Source of the DNA: an uncultured Gemmatimonadales bacterium
GTDB taxonomy: Bacteria; Gemmatimonadota; Gemmatimonadetes; Gemmatimonadales; GWC2-71-9
Direction: 5' to 3'
Assembly (NCBI GenBank): GCA_963828735.1
Contig: CAWHFW010000002.1
Span: forward strand, 320,001-384,000
DNA: 64,000 bases
Below the pieces are notes generated by a model. The model had not been told where the DNA came from. It saw nothing but the letters and a program-made list of their open reading frames with translations, and searched no databases. A program made the position numbers and the translations under genes. Numbering within the stretch: position 1 is the first letter of the stretch; every line of letters starts with the position of its first letter. Shown here one piece after another: positions 59,701-64,000 of the stretch.

Positions 59701-60231
59701 GATCTGGTCGGGGCACGTCAGTCGCTCATCCAGGCCATCCGCGAGATCGACGGGACCGCGCGCACGATGTTCCTCGAAACGTTCACGGCGGTTCAAGCCA
59801 ACTTCACCAAGGTCTTCCAGACCCTGTTTGGCGGGGGTGAATGCGAGCTGCGGCTCGCCAACCCGGACGATCCCCTCGAGAGCGAGATCGACATCCACGC
59901 GGCGCCCCGGGGCAAACGCACCCAGCGCATCCACCTGCTGTCCTCCGGCGAGCGCACGCTCGTGGCGGTGAGTCTGCTGTTCAGCATCTACCTCACGAAG
60001 CCAAGCCCGTTCTGCCTCATGGACGAGGTGGATGCCCCGCTCGACGACGCCAACGTCGGCCGCTTCACAAGGCTGCTAGACGAGTTCAAGCCCGGAACCC
60101 AATTTCTCGTCATCACCCACAATCCCCGGACCATGCAGGCCGCCGACGCCGTGTACGGCGTGACCATGCAGGAGCCGGGCGTCTCCACCATCGTGGGGGT
60201 TCGGCTGGGTGAGGCGGAACACGTCGCCTAG
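56758..60231 (+). CDS. smc: Chromosome segregation protein SMC
   Basis: GFKSFAD, GPNGCGKSN, coiled coils with hinge, LSSGE, MDEVDAPLD, ITHN. Confidence 0.96.
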   Translation: MKLTRLELSGFKSFADTVTLTFEQGVTAIVGPNGCGKSNVSDAVRWVLGEQSARLLRGGKMEDVIFQGSTARRPVNVTEVSLYLDNTDGDLPIAYREVVVTRRLSRSGQSDYLLNGSPVRLRDIQDLLRGTGLGSDAGVVIEAKMIDLLLSDRADERRSLFEEAAGIGLYRDRKHSTERRLEETATDLQRVEDLIAEVQSQIRSLARQRGKAERHTKLTEEKFAVQVTLARRLLERLSQEAAGMESRFGELSRLLPTARQRLSESEQRREDAGRTRTTAETQRTDVERRLGAVRVELGKLDGDLALAAERLANASTRRQRAQEERTQMEVRAQLAVGDRDSAAADRDAAAVEHDRIRGELAGRAQAEEDVRRRLGEERAQVRLWEQELQALAQTLRSLEGERAALEGELASLRERAAGASAHRTGLQTELGDAERRRDHAVERAGFLSHEAKRVSADAERARHLVAEAREQEAMHRSDRRRSEEALAQMTARRHALEGLERDRVGLAPAAAALLAARERFDGGVLGPLSDFVSTGREDAELAERLLGHWMHAVLVRDRETVQAIQAWHDEQQPGALVLLPLEPGPASIADGQPLDERLRAEGPAVGWLRVALSGSEVLDPAGRMLRRASGAILLSGAAAPSGPLRRRAELATLAHDVGRGEVAVADAESALQATTSRLAEREQNLGLATAAAEQAREAERQSAAAREDAIRVASNLSREMVESEAQLSRVTERLTRAEQRLAEIDEALTDGDLTRGRLEESLGGGRGRLAELEAEQEAAREQRVHWQVQEAHVAGGLRSAEERLHRAATMRDEAERAVAALSGELTQLESDTSALAAQQAEWRESRAERQAALQELEAASNEADRALADAEESLLLAERQVNAARHTLDAASEESHTLQVRLTETAGTRRSIIERVEAEWRRSYDQLVEQAPLLDLDLETLEAEAARIIGALEVIGPVNPLAVEEHAEEVKRLEFLTTQRDDLVGARQSLIQAIREIDGTARTMFLETFTAVQANFTKVFQTLFGGGECELRLANPDDPLESEIDIHAAPRGKRTQRIHLLSSGERTLVAVSLLFSIYLTKPSPFCLMDEVDAPLDDANVGRFTRLLDEFKPGTQFLVITHNPRTMQAADAVYGVTMQEPGVSTIVGVRLGEAEHVA

Positions 60232-60390
60232 GCAACGGATGAGCATGGTGCGGGAGTTGCACGAGGGTGGAGGCGGCTACACTTCATTGCGGACGGAGCA
60301 CGGCCGGAATGTGACCCGGCCGGCGAACCGGCCGTGGCCCAGTTCCGGCCCATGGGCAACGTCGCCCAACAGTCCTGACCGAGGATCCGA

Positions 60391-61431
60391 ATGCTGATCG
60401 TGATGCGCCACGGTGCGGCCGCGGAGGAGATTCAGCGCGTCGTCGAGACCATCGAAGAGATGGGCTACCAGGCGCGGCCGATGCCGGGCAAGCAGCGCAC
60501 CACGGTCGGCCTGGTCGGCAATGACGGGCGGGTCGACGGCTCACGCTTGGCCGCGCTTCCTGGCGTTCAGGAGATCCTCCACGTCACCAAGCCGTACAAG
60601 CAGGTGAGCCGGGAGTGGCAGCCGGAGTCCACCATCATACGATTGCCCGGCGGCCTCGCGATCGGCGGCGAGGAAGTGGTCGTCATGGCGGGCCCCTGCT
60701 CCGTCGAGAGCGAACGTCAGATTCTCGCCGCCGCGCGCGCAGTCCGCGAGGCAGGGGCGACGGTCCTTCGCGCGGGTGCGTTCAAGCCTCGCAGCTCACC
60801 GTACGCCTTCCAGGGTCTGGGCCGCGCCGGACTCGACCTGCTCGCCCGGGCTCGCGAGGAAACCGGCCTCCTCATTGTCACCGAAGCCATGGACGCCGAA
60901 GGCCTCGACCACGTCGTCGAAATCGCGGACATCGTCCAGCTCGGCGCCCGCAACATGCAGAACTACTCACTCCTCAAACACGCCGGCCGCTGCGGCAAGC
61001 CCGTGCTCCTCAAGCGCGGCCTCTCGGCCACCATCCAGGAGCTGCTCCTCTCGGCCGAATATCTGCTGGCGGAAGGCAATCGGCAGGTCATCCTCTGCGA
61101 GCGCGGGATTCGGAGCTTCGATCAGGCCACGCGCAACCTGTTCGACCTCAGCGCCGTGGCCGTGGTGCACGGGCTGTCGCACCTTCCGATCGTCGCCGAC
61201 CCCAGCCACGGCACGGGGCACCGCGACATGGTGATCCCGATGGCGCGGGCCGCCGTGGCGGCCGGCGCCGACGGGCTCCTGATCGAGGTGCACCCCAGCC
61301 CGGATCGCGCCCTGTCCGATGGGGCGCAGAGCCTCTATCCCGAGCAGTTCGAGCGGATGATGAAGGAAGTGCGGCTCATCGCGGAGGCCATCGGTCGCCG
61401 GGTCGCGGAGCCGGCGGGAGCCCGCGCGTGA
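60391..61431 (+). CDS. aroF: 3-deoxy-7-phosphoheptulonate synthase (class I-beta, N-terminal regulatory domain)
   Basis: [47 protein letters not shown]. Confidence 0.95.
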   Translation: MLIVMRHGAAAEEIQRVVETIEEMGYQARPMPGKQRTTVGLVGNDGRVDGSRLAALPGVQEILHVTKPYKQVSREWQPESTIIRLPGGLAIGGEEVVVMAGPCSVESERQILAAARAVREAGATVLRAGAFKPRSSPYAFQGLGRAGLDLLARAREETGLLIVTEAMDAEGLDHVVEIADIVQLGARNMQNYSLLKHAGRCGKPVLLKRGLSATIQELLLSAEYLLAEGNRQVILCERGIRSFDQATRNLFDLSAVAVVHGLSHLPIVADPSHGTGHRDMVIPMARAAVAAGADGLLIEVHPSPDRALSDGAQSLYPEQFERMMKEVRLIAEAIGRRVAEPAGARA

Positions 61432-62078
61432 TCCGGTCATGGATAGTGCTGGCGGCGCTCGTGCTGACGACGGAGCCCGTGCAGGGGCCAGACGCGAACG
61501 CGATCGTGGGCCGATCCTCCCGCGTCTACCGCTCGCTCTCGAGCCTGTCGGCGGACTTCGTGCAGGTGATCGACAATCCGATGATCGACAGCGCGGAGAG
61601 TCGCGGGACGCTGGTGCAGGCGGGGGAGGACAAGCTGGCCATGCGCTTCACCGATCCGCCCGGCGAGGCCCTCGTCATCGACGGCCGGTCCATCTGGGTC
61701 TATACGCCGAGCACGACGCCGGGTCAGGTCATTCGAATGTCCGTGCCGAGCGGCGGACCGGTGTATGGATACAACATCCTCGCCTGGCTACTGGACCGTC
61801 CGGCCGAGCGCTACACGGCCTCCTATGTACGTCCGGACAAGCTGAACGGGCGGGATGTCGACGTGGTGCGCCTCGAGCCGGCCGTTCCCGACCTCCCGTT
61901 CGAGCGCGCCATCGTCTCCCTCGACAAGGAAGACGGGTTGCCGCGCCGACTCGAGATCACCGAGCACTCGGGCGCGCTCCGGACCCTGACGCTCTCGAAG
62001 GTGCGCGTGAATCGGTCGGTGCCGAAGGACACCTTCACCTTCCAGGTGCCCTCCGGCGTTCGCGTCGTGGATCAGTGA
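61428..62078 (+). CDS. lolA: Outer-membrane lipoprotein carrier LolA family
   Basis: Signal peptide, [16 protein letters not shown]...[19 protein letters not shown] overlaps the aroF stop. Confidence 0.8.
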   Translation: MIRSWIVLAALVLTTEPVQGPDANAIVGRSSRVYRSLSSLSADFVQVIDNPMIDSAESRGTLVQAGEDKLAMRFTDPPGEALVIDGRSIWVYTPSTTPGQVIRMSVPSGGPVYGYNILAWLLDRPAERYTASYVRPDKLNGRDVDVVRLEPAVPDLPFERAIVSLDKEDGLPRRLEITEHSGALRTLTLSKVRVNRSVPKDTFTFQVPSGVRVVDQ

Positions 62079-63649
62079 GAGCGGGCGACGGGCGCGGTCG
62101 CCAGGCCGAGGAGGGCGCTCGGCGTCTGAGCCCGACGCAATAGCGCGACCGCCTCCCCGATCTGCCGGTCGTCACTCACGCGACGCCGTCGCTCCGCCGT
62201 CGGACCGAAGACATAGCGGGCCACCTCGTATCCGAGCTGTTGCTCCACCAGCTGTTCCCCGCCGGCGTAGGTGCTGTCGGGAAGCCGGACTCCCCGCCCC
62301 GCCAGCCGCTCGCGCACCTCGAGCCCCATCGCCCGATCAACCACGAAGTCCTCGGAGCGGATGGTCCCGCGCCGGCGAACCTCGAGCGCGGTCGCGTTGA
62401 CGGCGTCGCGGAAGGCCGCGAGTTGACCGTCGAGCGCGCGGCTGAACCCCTGCTCCGCAGTGCTGAAGGTGTCGGGCTCCAGCCGCACGTCGGGTACGAT
62501 TCCGCCGCCACCCGCGAGCGGTCGTCCCCCGTCCGAGCGGTACGCCGCCTGAGTCACGGCGGGGTGAACCGAGCCCATCGCCGAGTCGAGCACCGCGCCC
62601 TGGATCGACCGGCCGTTCGGCGTGTACCAGCGGGCAGTGGTGATGCGGAGGGCCACGTCAGTCCCCAGAGGGAACAGGGTCTGCACGATGCCCTTGCCGT
62701 AGGTGGTGTCGCCGACGACAAGGGCGCGGTCGTGATCCTGAAGGGCGCCCGCGATGATCTCCGCCGCACTCGCCGTCCCACGGTTGACCAGCACGACGAC
62801 CGGCAGCGCAGGCCAGCGCTGCGGCGCTCCATCGGTCCAGCGGTGGTTGTCCCCGGGGGCGCGGCCCCGGCTCACGAGGATATCCTGCCGCGGATCGAGG
62901 AAGATGTCGGCCACCTGCACGGCCTCATCCCGGAGGCCACCCGGATCCGAGCGGAGGTCCAGCACCAGGGACACCATTCCCTGCGAGACCAGGCGCGCGA
63001 TCTCCTGATTCAGCTCCGCGGCGCAGTTCTCCCGCACCATCAAGAGAGACAGATAGCCAACGCCGCCGGCGAGCAGCAATCCCTCGGAGACCGCGCGTTG
63101 GTGTATCCGCTCGCGCGTGAGCCGCTGGCGCAGCGGCGCCTCGACGCCTTCGCGTCGTACGGCCAGGTCGATCGTCGTGCCGATCGGGCCACGCAGGGCC
63201 TGAACGGCGCGCTCCATGGTCCATCCCGCCGCGGAGATCCCGTCCACCTCGACCAGCAGATCTCCCGGCCGGATCCCGGCACGCTCGCCAGGCGTCCCGG
63301 GCATCGGCGCCACGACGGTGATCCAGCCGTTTCGGGCGTCGACCTGGATCCCGATCCCGCCGTAGTCACCAGTGGTGCGCTCCTGCTGCCGCTGGTAGTC
63401 CGTGCCGACCAACAGTGCCGCGTAGGGGTCATGGAGCTGCTCCAGCATGCCGTCGATCGCGCGATGATAGAGCTCGCTCTCCGGAAGCGAGTCCACGTGG
63501 TAGTCACGGACGTGTGCGAGCACCTCTTCGAAGAGTCGCGCCTGCTGATAGACATCCGGTCCGACGCCGAGGCGGCGCTGAAGAAACCAGCCCCCGGTGA
63601 AGCAAGCGACGAGGGCGAGCAGCGCGGGCAGGGTCAGGCGATGAGACAT
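62072..63649 (-). CDS. S41 carboxy-terminal processing protease (PDZ)
   Basis: LHDPY, GIGI PDZ loop, LDLRSDPGG, TASAAEI, TYGKGIVQ, TTARWYTPNGRSI. Confidence 0.93.
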   Translation of the reverse strand: MSHRLTLPALLALVACFTGGWFLQRRLGVGPDVYQQARLFEEVLAHVRDYHVDSLPESELYHRAIDGMLEQLHDPYAALLVGTDYQRQQERTTGDYGGIGIQVDARNGWITVVAPMPGTPGERAGIRPGDLLVEVDGISAAGWTMERAVQALRGPIGTTIDLAVRREGVEAPLRQRLTRERIHQRAVSEGLLLAGGVGYLSLLMVRENCAAELNQEIARLVSQGMVSLVLDLRSDPGGLRDEAVQVADIFLDPRQDILVSRGRAPGDNHRWTDGAPQRWPALPVVVLVNRGTASAAEIIAGALQDHDRALVVGDTTYGKGIVQTLFPLGTDVALRITTARWYTPNGRSIQGAVLDSAMGSVHPAVTQAAYRSDGGRPLAGGGGIVPDVRLEPDTFSTAEQGFSRALDGQLAAFRDAVNATALEVRRRGTIRSEDFVVDRAMGLEVRERLAGRGVRLPDSTYAGGEQLVEQQLGYEVARYVFGPTAERRRRVSDDRQIGEAVALLRRAQTPSALLGLATAPVARSH

Positions 63650-63810
63650 TGCGGGCCTCGCGAGTGTTCGTCGTCCCTGGCGCCGGGCGGGCGGCGACCC
63701 TGCGTGTTCGCGCCGCTCGTGCCTTGTACGCCAGGATGACCTGTGTTCGGTGCGGGAACTGCGGAATCGTCTCCTCTGCTCACTAGGCCAGGGAGCCGGA
63801 AAAAGTTTCG

Positions 63811-64000
63811 TCAGTCGGTCTCAGTCAGCGCGCGCTCGACCGCGCCGGCCGATGCCTCCGCGAGGCCCGCGTCGCGAGCGAGCCGCAGCGTCGCGAGGCC
63901 GAGCTCCCGATACAGCCGGCGTTGCTGGGGCGTGAGGATCGCCAGATGGCGGCGCACCGTCGCCTCGTCACCTCGGCGGATGGGCCCGGTGAGAGCCGCC
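63811..64000 (-). CDS. C-terminal end of a DUF2520-domain (Rossmann-like) protein, runs off right edge
   Basis: Manual translation AALTGPIRRGDEATVRRHLAIL...RLYRELG...ETD*. Confidence 0.8.
   Translation of the reverse strand, partial: AALTGPIRRGDEATVRRHLAILTPQQRRLYRELGLATLRLARDAGLAEASAGAVERALTETD

Noticed and set aside
60232..60390. Possible attenuator leader upstream of aroF
   Set aside because: There is no short ORF enriched in aromatic codons and no clear terminator/antiterminator pair.

Overview
This is a GC-rich bacterial chromosome window. Gene content and style are consistent with a diderm such as Gemmatimonadota, but that is inference. The backbone is housekeeping: tRNA-Ser, gltX, rsmI, trxA, mce, pdxJ, ispE, tRNA-Gln, prs, rplY, pth, ychF, rpsF, rpsR, rplI, rsfS, smc, aroF, lolA and a CtpA-type protease. 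The left end holds the start of a polysaccharide operon (GT4, deacetylase, wecB, SDR epimerase). The widely conserved ispE-tRNA-Gln-prs order is split by two ~7.5 kb accessory blocks. One carries three secreted or lipoprotein copper-radical (galactose-oxidase-like, AA5) oxidases and a truncated glycosyltransferase. The other carries a GT4, sulfotransferase, GT2, flippase and two paralogous PKD lipoproteins ending in a LecB/DUF4114-like Ca-binding motif. Together they suggest a surface-glycan building, oxidising and binding system. Other notable items are a JAB(RadC-like)-DinG helicase fusion, a His-less Hpt-like protein with 12-aa repeats, a peptidase-propeller-Omp85 protein, a FakA-FakB fusion, an apparent CTG start for pth, an in-frame TGA at a conserved Trp, and a duplicated gene end bracketing the sulfotransferase. 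No integrase, transposase, CRISPR array or rRNA was seen. All calls come from motif reading by eye; no searches were run.
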